Source: Camelus dromedarius
Taxonomy: Eukaryota
DNA: 64,000 bases
Assembly (NCBI RefSeq): GCF_036321535.1
Contig: NC_087437.1
Coordinates: 76,634,001-76,698,000 of the forward strand
Direction: 5' to 3'
Part shown: one piece after another, positions 39,437 through 51,835 of the stretch
How the letters are laid out: each line of letters begins with the position of its first letter
Position numbering within the stretch: position 1 is the stretch's first letter
Program-made: the position numbers and the translations under genes
The notes under the pieces: model-generated
Database searches by the model: none
The model's input: only the letters and a program-made list of their open reading frames with translations
What the model was told of the DNA's origin: nothing

Positions 39437-40369
39437 CATTACTAAAAGGCCACATCTGGGTTACAGTCCCACAGTGATGAGACTGAGCTTCATATTTATC
39501 AGCTTTTTTGTAAGAGAAAATTGAACTAATTGCACCTTAGTTAAGTCTAGGAGGCAAGTGGGTGACCAGAGAAAGAAGTGTGGATGGGATAAATGTTCCC
39601 ATTTTAGCTCTGAGAGAGTAATAGTTAAGGCTAGCCTGATTGTCTGTCTGTCTTTCCTGGGATTCCATGTCCGCTGAGGAGTGAGGAGACTTCCTGAGGT
39701 TTGTTGGTTTTCCTTCACTATCTGCCAGACTTGGTGGGTCTTTAGAAAGTTAAGTCTGCAGATGAGGACTTAGCAGCAAGAGAGCATCAGCTCTTTACCA
39801 ACTATCACAGAGGGCTCACGGGGAACAGAGGGCTCAGGAAATCATCTCAAGAGAGGAGCAAAGACAAAGTAGGTAATACTTACAGATGTGAAAGATAGTT
39901 CTAGATGTTTGCATCTAAACTGCATAAAATTACATCCACAGGCACATAGTGTACCAGTAATAAATTGTCTTGACAAGCAGTTGTTTATTATAAATTTTGC
40001 AACTTTCTATTTAGATGCCTTTGGTTTCATTAAATTAAACATTAAGTTAGGAATCCACAGCTGAAGATGAATATTCCAGTATGAGTCTTACGGATGTAAA
40101 ATAAATTTAGTGTTTTTACGTTCCTATTAGCATATTTTAAGACCTGCCTCAGGAAAGTGCTTGCTTGGCAGTGAGCTGAGCTCATTGTAACTTTTAATTT
40201 TCAGATGATTTTAGGGGGCATGCCAGAGTCAAGCATGGAGCTGTTCAAAAGACTGTGGGTGAAGGGAGAGATTTAGTCCTTGAAATTTGGAGGCTTTCTG
40301 GTGGCTTAGGGTGTTCTAATATGGCCCTCATGGATGCCCTGAGAAATAGGAAACTGTCAGTGTCAGTGT

Positions 40370-42095
40370 CAGTAGAGGCCAGGTTGGGAGTGGCAACAAT
40401 ATCAATACAGTATCTCCTTAACTAGAGAGTTATCAGTGTTGCCCTATTGAGGGGATGGAATTCCAGTCCCTGCTCAACAGTATCAAGTAGCCCCCACCTT
40501 GGTCATATAGGGAGGCTGAGTGGGGAATCTAGACACCTACCTCCACCTGGCAGTAACAAGTCAGTGCCTCTCCTTCCCTTGCTGAGTGGTTTCAGAGAAA
40601 CTCAGCTAAAGCAGAAGATTTAAATAAGATCTAATATTTGTGTTACCAGAATCCTGCTGTGTGGTATTGGTAGAGAGATAGATACAGAACTCAGTGGAGC
40701 AGAAGAGAACCCAAAAGTAGACCCACAAATATATACCCAGCTGTTTTTGACAAAAGTGCAAAAGAAATTCAAGAGATAGGATAGCCTTTTTAACCAATGG
40801 AGCAACTGGATATCCATTTTTTTTAAAAAAAGGAACCTTAATCTTTGTTTCACACCTTCACATCTTATACAAAAATTAACTCAAAATGGATCACAGGCTT
40901 AAATTGAAAATGTAAAATTACAACATTTTTAGAAAAAACATAGGAGAAATATTTTGAGCTCTAGGGCTAGGCAAAGAGTTTTTTAAATTGACCTTAAATG
41001 CACAGTCTATAAAAGGAAAAATTGATAACATGAACCTCATCAAAATCAAAACCTTTACTCTGCCCCCTCCAACGCCACCAAAAAAAAAAAAAAAAAAGAA
41101 CCTGTTAAAAAACATAAGCTACTGACTGGGGGAAAATATTTACCAACCACATGCCCACCAAAGTATTAGTATATAGAGTATATAAAGCACCCTCAAAACT
41201 CAGTAGTAAAACAAACAATTAGATAATGGGCAAAAGACAAACATTTCTCTGAAGATGATATACAAGTGGCAGATAACCACATATAAAGGTGTTCATCATT
41301 GTTAGCTATTAGGGAAATGGCTATTAACATCATGAGATATCAATACACACTTACCAGTATGTCTAAAAATGGCTAACATACTGTGACAACACATAATGCA
41401 GACAATGTAGAACAATTAGATAACTCATACATTGCTAGCGGGTATGTCAAATGGTACAGCCACTCTAGAAAACAATTTGGCAGTTTCTTAAAAAAACTAA
41501 ACATGCAACTACTATACAACCACGCAATTGTGCTCTTGGGCATTCACCCTGAAGAAATGAAAACTTGTGTACACACTTGTGTATAACTTGTGGATTATAC
41601 AGAAGTTTAATTCTTAATAGCCAAACCCAGGTATCCTTTAAGAGGTGAATGGTTAAACAAACTCTAGTACCATAGCATATGACTCAGCGATAAAAGTAAA
41701 CTATTGATATCCTCAGCAATCTGTAGGAGTCTGCAGAGAAGTATACTGAGTGAAAAAAGGCAATCTGCAAATGTTACATATTGTTAGATCCCTTTTATGT
41801 AATTTTCCTTAAATGACAAAATTATAAAACTGTAGACCAGAATAATGGTTGCCAGGTTAAAAACAGGGGATACGTGGCTTTAAAAAGGCAACGTGAAGGA
41901 TCTTTGTGGTGGTGGAAATATTTTGTATCTTGACTGTATCAATGCCTGTATCCTGGTTATTATATTGTATGCTAGTTTTGCAAGATGTCACCATTGGGGA
42001 AAATTAGGTAAATGGTACATGGGATCTCTCTGTATTATTTCTTAAACAGCATGTAAATCCACAATTATTTTCAAATAAAAATTTTAAAGAAAACC
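40370..42095 (+). mobile_element. L1MC1/2 (5'-UTR-like piece joined to the 3' end of ORF2 and 3' UTR)
   Basis: 3' UTR motif gtatcttgactgtatcaatg...ttttgcaagatgtcaccattgggg...ggatctctctgtattatttctta; 5' piece cctccacctggcagtaacaag...agatttaaataagatc. Confidence 0.85.
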
Positions 42096-42097
42096 AA

Positions 42098-42480
42098 AAT
42101 GTAAATCAGTCATGTCCTTTCCTTGCTCAGATCCTCCAGCTGTTTCCTGTAACTCTTAAAATTCATGCTCCTCCCCATGACTACAAAGTCCCAAAATATA
42201 TGGCTTCTGCTTACCTCTCCACTCTCCTTGCCCTTCCTCTAACATACCAAGCTGTCCTCAGGGCCATTGTGTTTACTGTTCCTTCTGCCTAACACACTTC
42301 TCCCTGTTTTCCCAGTAGTCAACCTCCTTACTTAATTCAGACCTCTGTTCAAATGTCAATTCCTCAGAGATGCCTCATCTATCACCCTACTTAAAGAAGA
42401 ACCCTTCCCCCACCCGAAGTCTCTTTCTGTCTCTCTCATTTTCTTTTCTCTACGTACTATCTATAATTGCTCAAAGTTTA
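42098..42480 (+). mobile_element. L2 fragment
   Basis: aaatgtaaatcagtcatgtc...cctcagggccattg...gttccttctgcct...tcaaatgtcaattcctcagaga. Confidence 0.7.
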
Positions 42481-42489
42481 GTAAGTTAT

Positions 42490-43225
42490 AAAATAGTTTA
42501 TATTCTGTTTCAAACCAGGTCATACATTAATATGCTTTCTTTATGGAAATAAAATATTACAGAAAATGTTGAGATCCTCTTTGATCATGAAACTAAATCT
42601 GTGTCTTTTCCCTGCTCCTCCATCAGATGGGTGTATTGTCATATGTTTTTCTATGGATTAGTGTATATACTATATATATAAGCTGCATATAGATTGTAAG
42701 TGTTGTATTTTATTGATATTCTCATACAGTACACATTATTTTGCAACTTGCTTTTTTCAGTGATGTGTTAGAAATAGATCCATGGTAGTATCTACAGATA
42801 TAATTGGTATTCCATGGTTTGTGTCCCATGTCTTATTTAGCAATTTTATTTATCCTATTGAAGAACAGACTTTTCCCCAAAATTTTATTTGTTGCTTAAA
42901 ACAATGATTAACTGAACATCTTTGTACATGTCTCCTTAGGCATATTTGTGATAGCTAGTTTGTAATTTGTATTTAATTTCCTATGTAGTACAATGACTGG
43001 TAATGTGGACTTCAATTTTAAGATGTGTGGAGTTTTCCTGCTATGTTTTGTTGCTGATCTCAATTTTTTTTTCTATTATGGTCAGTGAGTAAACCTTGTA
43101 AGACTTACACCAATTTTTTGAAACTTGTTGATATTTTCTTTATAGCATGATATAAAATCATTCTTGTGTCCGTAAATGTGCTTTAAAAAGAACGTATTAT
43201 CTTTCATTCAACTTCTTATGGGGTA

Positions 43226-43266
<41 letters not shown>

Positions 43267-44335
43267 GATAAAACTTTAAAAATGTGGCATTAAAATCCTC
43301 TGTACTAGTATGCTTTTCTATTTTATCTGCTGATTTCTAACTGAGATGTGTTATATTCGCCTGCTGTGAAGTATGGATTTATCTGTTTCTCCTTGGGAAT
43401 ATCAGTTCTTCCTTTACAAGTTTTGAACTTATGTTGTTAGGTATTTAAAATTTGTGATTTTTATATCTTTGTATTGGATTGTTATTTTATCAATATGTCG
43501 TCAACCACTTGAAAGCTTTTTTTATAAAGCTTTTGCTCTGAATTCTCTTTTTGTGTGCTATTGCCAATTCAGATTTATTTTGTTAGCATTTACTTTTATT
43601 TTCAACTTTCTTGTGTCCTTTTCATAAAAGGTGTGTCATTTTAAAATAGAATATGGGTAATTAATTTGTTTTAACAAATTTGAAAATGTCTTCCAAAAGA
43701 TGAGCTAATTTAAGCACATTCATATTTATCGTGCTCCCTGCAAACCTGCTACCTTGCTTCATGTTTTCTGTTCAACATGGTATGTCTTTGTTTCTTTTGT
43801 CTTCCTTCCTGAATTTTGCTAGATTCATTATGTTAGTTTTTTTTTTCTATCTGCTTTTGTTTTGTACTTTCTGAATTGAAAATGATACTTCTGTTTCTGT
43901 TCTTTTAATGTATCCTTTGTTACCTTAGCAGAGATGTTCAAACTTACACTTTTTAAAGTGAAGATTTAAATTTTTAAGCATCTATGTACCCTAAAAATGG
44001 TAAACTAATATGTGTTTGCATCATTTAATTTCCACTTCTATGCTCCACCCCCACCTCAGGCACCTCTTCCTTTCCCTCACGTATACATAGGTGTTAAATA
44101 TTTTAATAATCAGTACCTATTTAAACTTTACAGTAAACTTGAATAATTAACTTACCTTTACTTCCTGAATTCCAATAATTCCTCCTGTCTTCATTTTTCT
44201 ACTTTCTATGATACTTTCTTCAGTAATTGTTTTAATGAACTCTCAGGGGCAGACATCCTGAGCCCTTATAGATCTAAACTGTCCTTATGTTAGTCCCATT
44301 TTTGAATAATAATTTGTCTTTTTACAGAATTCTAG
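42490..44335 (-). mobile_element. old L1M/L1ME fragments
   Basis: T-rich antisense L1 (ttttgcaacttgctttttt, tatggatttatctgtttctcc). Confidence 0.6.
43232..43263. repeat. (TG)16 microsatellite
   Basis: Directly visible. Confidence 0.95.
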
Positions 44336-44803
44336 GGCATGAGGTGACGTGGAAGCTGATCTCTGGGCACAGGCTGCCGCGGGCCCCACTTGACTTCTGG
44401 AACACACGCTTTCACACAGACTGTGTCCACCAAGGTGGACATTCTCCCTTCTCTTCGTGTAGGGGTTGTGTGTGTGTGTGTGTTGAGAGTGTGTATATGT
44501 GTATGAGAGGTGGATGCTTGAGGATTTATCTCCCGTGGCTGATTGAACATTGAATACACAGAGAGTGTGCAGTGTTGCTGCAAGGAAAAATGGGAGGCAC
44601 GGAGCTGCTCAGCCATCACCCTAAAGCTGTTGTGCAGTTTACCTTCCTGCATGCTTCCCGTTAGAGAGTGACAGTGCTATCTCAGCACTCACAGATGCCT
44701 TTGCTATTTTGCTATAGTGGATGTGTAACTGAGCTTCGTACATTCTCTCTGCTGATCACCTTTAAGACAAGCTTTTCAATATGAACTCTTGAATGTCGGG
44801 GTG

Positions 44804-45168
44804 TGTCTTCGTTCCTTTCAGGCTGCTGCGACAAAAATACCGTAAACCAAGTGGCTTATAAACAACATTCATTTCTCACAGGTCTAGAGAAGTTGGGAAG
44901 TACAGGATCACAGTGCCAGCAGATTCAGCGTTTGCCGAGAATCTGTTTCCCAGATTGCTGTCTTTTTGTTGTAACCTCGCAAGACCTAAGGGGCGAGGGA
45001 TCTCTCCAGGTCTCTTTTATAACGGCATGGATCTCATTCGTGAGGGCTCCACCTTCATAACCTAATCACTTCTCAAAATCTCTAACTCCTAGTACCATCA
45101 TCTTGGGTGTTAGGACTTCATCGTATGAATTGCATGTGGTGAGGGGTGCAAACACTGAGACCGTAGCA
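44804..45168 (-). mobile_element. MLT1A0-type solo LTR
   Basis: tgtctt...ggctgctgcgacaaaaatacc...gtggcttataaacaac...gagggctccaccttcataacctaatcac...gaccgtagca. Confidence 0.85.
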
Positions 45169-45499
45169 GAGTATCATTAATGGCTATAAATCACCAGGCC
45201 CTAGTGGGACTTGAGCCTCATTAAGTGAATGATTTAATGCTCATAGCTAACTCATTCTCTTTGTATCTGTAGTCCCCTAGTTTATCTTTTCTTCAGGCTA
45301 CTGCTTCATTATTATTTGACACCACTTAGCACTATGCTCATCTTGTCACCGAACCCTACTACCTTCTTTTGTTTTAAATTTGGAGGAGTGGTGCAAGAGG
45401 AAGAATGTATATAAAGGTGGTATTTATGGAAATCATGAAGAGGAGAATGAAGAATGTAATTACCACGGGTGTAAAGTGATTGGAGATACTTTTTTTGCT

Positions 45500-46430
45500 T
45501 CTTTGTTTATCTATTCATGTACTAAGTATTCATTGAGGAATCTGCTGTTGCCAACCACAGTTCTAGGTGCTGTGGGTAAATTAATGGACAAAGTGCAGGG
45601 ATGATTATAGTCTTGGAGTTCATATGCTATTGTAAAAACAGAGATAGTAATTTGAATCAGATACTTTTTGTGATTTCCTGTCACAGTTGCATTTTCTAGA
45701 TTCAGGTTCATTGGTGCTTATTTGTTTTTCATTAACTTCTTGCATTCCTTTTAATTTGCTATTGCTGTATTTTATGAGGAATCCATGAATCTTTGAGAAG
45801 TAACTGCTTCATTAATAGTAATTATTCTCCATATTTGCAACTAAAGTGATATATTAAAAACATATGTCTGGTTGTATCAATGTATTTACTCAACACATTC
45901 CAGAGGTTTCTCGTTGGTATTAGGATAAAGTAAAATCTTTGAAATGGCTTCCAAGTCTGGCATGATCTAGCCTCTGCCTGCTTCTCCCTCTGTCTTATGT
46001 CATACTGTTCCCTCCTCACTCTTGGCTGTCCCCACTCTGCTTTTTGCTCAGTTCTCAAACTTTCAACACTTCAATCTAATCTGGGGACTGTTAGCCTAGA
46101 TACTTTTCCTTCTTGACCAACTAGTTTCCAACAACTCTTCCTACTAATTCTGTTCATCCTTCAAAATTGGCTCATATATTCATCCACTATGAGTCATTCC
46201 CCGAGGCCCCAATTAGTGAAATCTATTAAAGCTCCCACAGCACCCTATTTTGCTTCACTGTGCTTATCACATTTGAAATGAATAATTAGTTGCTTTTTTT
46301 TTGAAAAAACAGGTAAATTCCATGAGGCCAGGGACTATACCTGTCTGGATATTATTTTTATTCTTAGAACTTAGCATAGGTCAAAATATATTATAGGTGC
46401 TCAGAAATATTTTTGACAGGCTAAATAGGT
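45500..46430. mobile_element. L2 fragments (minus ~45500-45680; plus ~45820-46430)
   Basis: tattcattgaggaatctgctgttgcca...; catgatctagcctctgcctg...ccatgaggccagggact...ataggtgctcagaaatattt. Confidence 0.65.
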
Positions 46431-48269
46431 CAATTTTTTAGTGGACCTGATGCATGCAAAACACTTGTCTATGTATTAAAGTAGTGTATCAAAGCTTCTA
46501 CAGGCCAGGGTAGACTCAGCGGTGTTTTCTCTTGGCTGGAAAACAAGAGAAGTCTGACTTCAGAAAAATGACGAAATGTACATTAGGGTGTGCTCTTGGG
46601 TGGGAGATGAAATGAGTTTTGAGGAGAAGTTCTTTAGTATTTCTTGAGTTTTCTGATACTGACTTGCCTAAATTGAACTACAGTATAAACCAGGGGTTCC
46701 CTGAGGAAATGGTTACTCAGCTTTTGTTCTTTTCATTTTGTTTTTCTTTCAAAAAGCCCTCTGGACATCTGTCAAAACTACAAAGTGGAAATTGGTTAGC
46801 TTCATTTAACACCATATCCTGCTGCAAAGGCCTCACATCAAGGCACTTGCCATTTTACATTCTTCTTATTTTAATAGTTTTCCCAACTTCAAACACTTAG
46901 TGTTGTGAATAACCAAAGGCTCCCATCACAAATCCCTCGAAGATCCAATTCTGTGACGATGTTAGAACTCCAGTGTTTCAGCAGCAACCACAGGAATATA
47001 AACTTCCTCTGATTCTTTAACACAAGACTGATGAAGTCATGTTGATGAAGTTAGGAGGTCTTTGGCAACATACATGTACTCTAGTTCTTCAACTGGTGGA
47101 ATTCCTTTGCCTTGGCTGACGGTATATATGTCTCTAATCTCTCACTGTAATTTTAAATTTAAAAGGCAATGAAAGTTTTCTTATTTTCAGTCAGATTTCA
47201 CAAGAATAAGACAAGAAACCATGATTTCCTCAAAGGAAACAATATTATTAAAGGACAAGTTATTGTTGCTCTGATATGCTTTTATTTTGTTCGTGGATTT
47301 GAAATCTTGTAGATGGTGCTTGCAGTTTATATAAGTAGTTAATGAAAGTATAAACTTTACAAGTGGAATTTTTAATAGATTTTGGAACAGAATATTTTTA
47401 TTTTGATACATGCCACAGATACACACTGGAAAGCTCTTCTTGTTGTTTTATTGATGACATCCCCTTCTTTGATGTTTGGTAGATTTCCTACTAGGAACAA
47501 ACTTGTTTTGTTGAATTGTTAGCCCAGAAGTGTAGCATGAGATATTTTGACAGCAAAAATCAGAGTCCTATAAACAACTGTAACTATTTTTCTTTTAATT
47601 TATAGAATAATATTCTAAATTTTTGCAATTAGCTTTCTTTTACATTTGCGTAGAAAATGTGTTATCAGATCAATATTTAGCACTAAATTTTAAAAAAGGA
47701 TACGCTCTGTATATCCTGGCTTAATTGAGGTTTGAAATAACTTGTCATAATCAGCTAGGTCATAAAACCTTTTCATTTTGAATGCTACTTGGGGAGGGGG
47801 TGTCAGGAACTACTTAATGACCTGAAGAAACTAGAGAAAGGGGCTAGCCGTTATATTCACATTGTAAGATCTATATAGCTCTTTATTTATTAAACTGACC
47901 TCTAACTCAGGTCAGAAAATTATTTAAGCCCTCTGTGATAGCCTGCAGACAGTAAATCTTCCTATCGGTGTTCCTTTAGCTGAATTAGCATTCCAGTGTT
48001 GTCTATTTTCGTTTTGTGACTATGGCATTTAGAGCTTTGTGTAATTTAATTGTCAAAACTTGACAATTTCTTTAATTTGTTATTGGACAGTTCATCAGGC
48101 AATTTTATAAAGCATTATCATGAAAGGAGTTATAGCTCTGCAGGAAGTCTCCTGAAGCTGGATTCCATTCAGGAATATAAATGCTGTACATTTAACCAAA
48201 TAATGGAAAGCATCCTTGCATGTGGAGTTCTTGTGTATTAACAGAGCTAGAAGAAGTGGAAAGAGAGAA

Positions 48270-48490
48270 ATTACTATTTACCTAGCATCTCCCATGGACC
48301 AAGCCCTTTGAAAGGTACTTAAGGGGTGTGATCTTTAATCCTTACAACTCTAAAATGTAGCAATAATATTATATTATAAAATATAATACCTCATATTTTA
48401 CATATGAGAAACTGAGGCATTGATTTTTTTAAGCAACTTGCTACAGTCACCTAGTTAGTACAGAAGAACCTAAAATTCAAGCTGACAAGT
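48270..48490 (-). mobile_element. MIR SINE
   Basis: tttaatccttacaactct...ttttacatatgagaaactgaggc...aagcaacttgc. Confidence 0.65.
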
Positions 48491-48818
48491 CATTCAGTGA
48501 TAAACATAGACACCCCCCTGCCCTCTGATACACCACTCATATTTTTTGGCCTTAAATTTTATGACATTTATTTCTTAACTGTAGTAGAGTTTCTGCTCCC
48601 CTCATCAAAGATGTTTGGTTTATTGTATGATGTAGCACAAATTCAAACCATTTCTTAGATGTCACCTTGAAGAGTTTTGGTCCTTGAAATCATACTAAGA
48701 ACTTCAACTGATACTCAGAAGTGCTTTCATCGTCATCTTTTATACAAAAGAGGCAATTGCATCTTTCATTATAAATTCTGTTAAATCTTTGTTTCCAGAT
48801 CAGTGAATATAAATATGC

Positions 48819-50182
48819 TGTGGTAGGCATAATAATGGTCCTCCAAAGGTGTCCATGTCCTAATATTCAGGTACTTGTGAATATGTTAGGTTACATGGGA
48901 ACAGGGACTTGGTAGATGTTAATAAGCTAAGGATCTGCAGACTGAGAAATTATTCATGGATTATTTGAATGAACCCAGTGTAACCATAAAGATCCTTAAA
49001 AGAAGAAAAGGCTGGCAGAAGTGGTGGTTAGAGTTAGAGGGAGAGATTAGATGATGATGCTGTTAGTGGATAGTGAGACCCCTAAATTTGGAGTCCCACC
49101 AGAGTGTGGGTCCTTGCTGCCAGCTGTGAAAGATTTTGCAGCAGAGGCGGAGGGACAAAATGAAAAAGCTGCTTTATTTCTCAAAAGAGAAAAAGGAAGG
49201 AAAATGCTCAAGCAGGGAGAAGGGAAGAAAAGAACTTGAGCGGGGAAGATATCAGCCGAGATGGCTGGTAGTGACAGCTCTGGCCCGGCTGGGCCACGTG
49301 GATTTTTATGAGAGGCCTCTACCATCATGTCCTTCTGCTGGTTGTGATGGAACCAGTCGTCCTTGTATGGGCTTTTCTGGTTGTCATGGTAGTTGTCAAC
49401 TGTCATGGCACTGGTGGGTGTGTCATTTAGCGTGTTTATACATTACAGTGACCTTATAATGAAGCTCGAGGTCCACTGGAAGTCAAATCCTTCATCGTGG
49501 GCCGTGGATTCTAACCAGTTCTTGTTTCTTCTCTGCAGCTGCCTCCTGAGACTTAGATAAGAGTAATTGGTTTCTATTCAAGGCAGGGGCAGGGTATGAT
49601 CCTGGAAGCAACAACCTTGGTCACAAAAAGTAAAGTTGCTTTTATTCAGAATGCCTGCAATCTGGCGACCCCAGCGTCTCCCCCAGAAAACCATCTCCAA
49701 AGATTCTGTTCAGCCGTGAAAGTTTTAAAGGGAGCTAGGGGAATAATCTCAGTTAATTGTTGAGATAGGTGGTCAGAGTCATTGCCATCCCCTGATGCCT
49801 GCAGGTTTGTCATAATCAACTGCTTGAGCCTGCCCTTCTATGACTTTAGGGAGGCCTCGCAGACTCCAGCTTTTCTGTAAACAAGAGGCAGTAGTTGAGG
49901 GGTGGTCGTGGCGCACAGGGTCCTTCTCGGCATCAATGCTACACTGCTAGCTTTGAAGATGGAAGAAGGGGCCATGAGTCCAGGTTGCAGGTGACCTTTA
50001 GAATCTGGAAAAGGCAAGGGAATTGGCTTCTCTTTAGAGCCTTGAAAAGAAATGCAGCCTTGCTGACCTTGGTTTTTATACTCAGTAAGATCCATTTTGG
50101 ACTTCTGACCTTGAGAACTATAAGATAATAAATCTATGTTGTTTTAAGTAACTTGTTATAGCAGTAATAGGAAATTAACGCA
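48819..50182 (+). mobile_element. MLT1D LTR split by a nested ERV1 LTR insertion
   Basis: tgtggtaggcataataatggtcctccaaag... and ...ctttgaagatggaagaaggggccatgag...gttatagcagtaataggaaattaacgca; TSD tatgc/aatgc (4/5). Confidence 0.9.
49061..49935 (-). mobile_element. ERV1-class LTR insertion, apparently composite
   Basis: TG...CA ends with exact 4-bp TSD atgc (49057-49060 and 49936-49939). Two TTTATT signals (~49173, ~49641). MER41-like motif aactgtcatggcactggtgggtgtgtc. Confidence 0.8.
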
Positions 50183-50536
50183 AATGCTACTGATTTAACT
50201 TTAATTTTAGATGTGAAATCAGACCTAGATTGCCTTTTCTCCTTAGTGAAGTTCTATGTAGAAGGTGCTTAAGGCCACAAATGTGACTGAAATGGGGAGC
50301 TGGGAGACTTGTGTCAATATTACCTTGGCATAGCAAATCATTTTTCTTTTTTTTATAAAATACAGCCATTATTTCTTCTTTCTTATTTATTTATTTACTT
50401 ATTCATTTATGTATACTTTGATTTTACGTTACTAGCTTTTGATTTGGAGGAAAGTAAAATCACACTTGAGTTTCTTCTTGTCTAAAGGGTGTTGTGAAGA
50501 TACTATTTGGCAGCGTATCATCCCCTAGTAGAATAG

Positions 50537-51145
50537 TGTAAAGAAAAGAATGCTGCCTACCTTTCCAGTTGTTCAAGAATCAAGCCGTTAGCCACTGCAG
50601 TTGCCCACCAGTGTATACCCTGAGGGGAATTTAGGATGTAGAAAGAACAGGAAGCATTCTGTGCTTTGGATACTGGCCCTAGATAGTTAAGATGCAAGTC
50701 TAAGGAATAATTTCAGTGACCCCAGATTCTCACATCTTCTTATACATTGATAGAAGAGCACTAAAACCATTAACTTGAGATGTCTGTTCTTTGTAATTAG
50801 CAGTAATCGTTTGATGTTTGACTACATTTTTTTTTTCCAGCAGAAAAAGTTTACATGTATCCTGGCTCCTACCTTACGTCTTCAGAGCAGTTTTTCAGAG
50901 CTATCTGAAAGGCTTTCTTCCGGGCTATAGACCTCAGTAAGGTCCCCAAATAAAGCTTGAGTTGAGGAGGGTATAGCTCAGTGGTAGAATACGTGCTTAG
51001 CAGGCATGAAGTCCTGGGTTCAATCTTGAGTACCTCCATTAAAAATAAATAAGTAAAAACCTAATTACTCCCTGCCCAAAAACAAAACCAAAAAAAATCT
51101 CTTAACTTGAAACTATTAGGTTGTGTGTTTCTCCTTCAGTCGACA
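50537..51145 (+). mobile_element. ERV1 solo LTR (laurasiatherian/cetartiodactyl type) containing a SINE
   Basis: tgtaaagaaaagaatgctgcc...tcaagccgttagccactgcag...ccccaaataaa...ttaggttgtgtgtttctccttcagtcgaca; TSD atag/gtag (3/4). Confidence 0.8.
50964..51097 (+). mobile_element. Vic-1-type tRNA-Ala-derived SINE
   Basis: gagggtatagctcagtggtagaat...gtcctgggttcaatc...tacctcca followed by the cctaattactccc tail. Confidence 0.9.
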
Positions 51146-51619
51146 GTAGTTAGAACTCTCAAAAATTGTTAGTAATGCTGAAAAGTGTGTCATGTTTCCA
51201 ACTGGGCTCCAAGACTGTTGTGAGTGTATGGAGAGTCAATGATTAAATACTATGTGAACTCTGAGGTACTCTGCATGGGTCAGTCTTTTGACTATACTGT
51301 TAATAAAATGGGTGCAAGATGTTGAAACACACATGCCTGGAAAAAATGATACCTATCTTAGTGATCAAAAGGTCGCTTTTAATTATTGCTTGCCCCTCAG
51401 CAATCTTCACCCTCAGTATCTAGACCCAGAAAAATTTTTTTTATTTTCTTGCCAGTCTCACTGTGCCCTTAGCCAGGTCCTGGGCACTCCTTACCTGTGA
51501 CCTGGGAAAGCAGGTAAGAGTCTTTTTAGTTGCACTTCTTCTGTGATATTCCCATTTCCCTGCAGTTAAAAAAAGCTACCCCTCACTGAATCTCAACTGA
51601 AACATTTTTATGCAGAGTA

Positions 51620-51835
51620 ATAAAAAGAACATTAGCTGTGGAGTCTGATAGACCAAAGTTTGCATCTGAGCTTTCTCACTAATTAGCAGTATAGCCTTGG
51701 GTAAACTGTCGTAACCTTTCTGAACCTTACTATTTAATCCATAACATGTGAATAATAATGCCTGTCTTGCAGTATTGAATTGAGATAATGTATGTAATGG
51801 GTCTAGGACATAGCCTTGACTTTAGTGGGCATCCA
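51620..51835 (+). mobile_element. MIR SINE
   Basis: gctgtggagtctgatagacc...ccttgggtaa...aattgagataatgtatgtaa. Confidence 0.7.

Noticed and set aside
49047..49459. Overlapping ORFs of 62-119 aa
   Set aside because: Almost wholly inside a GC-richer ERV1 LTR, where stop codons are rarer.
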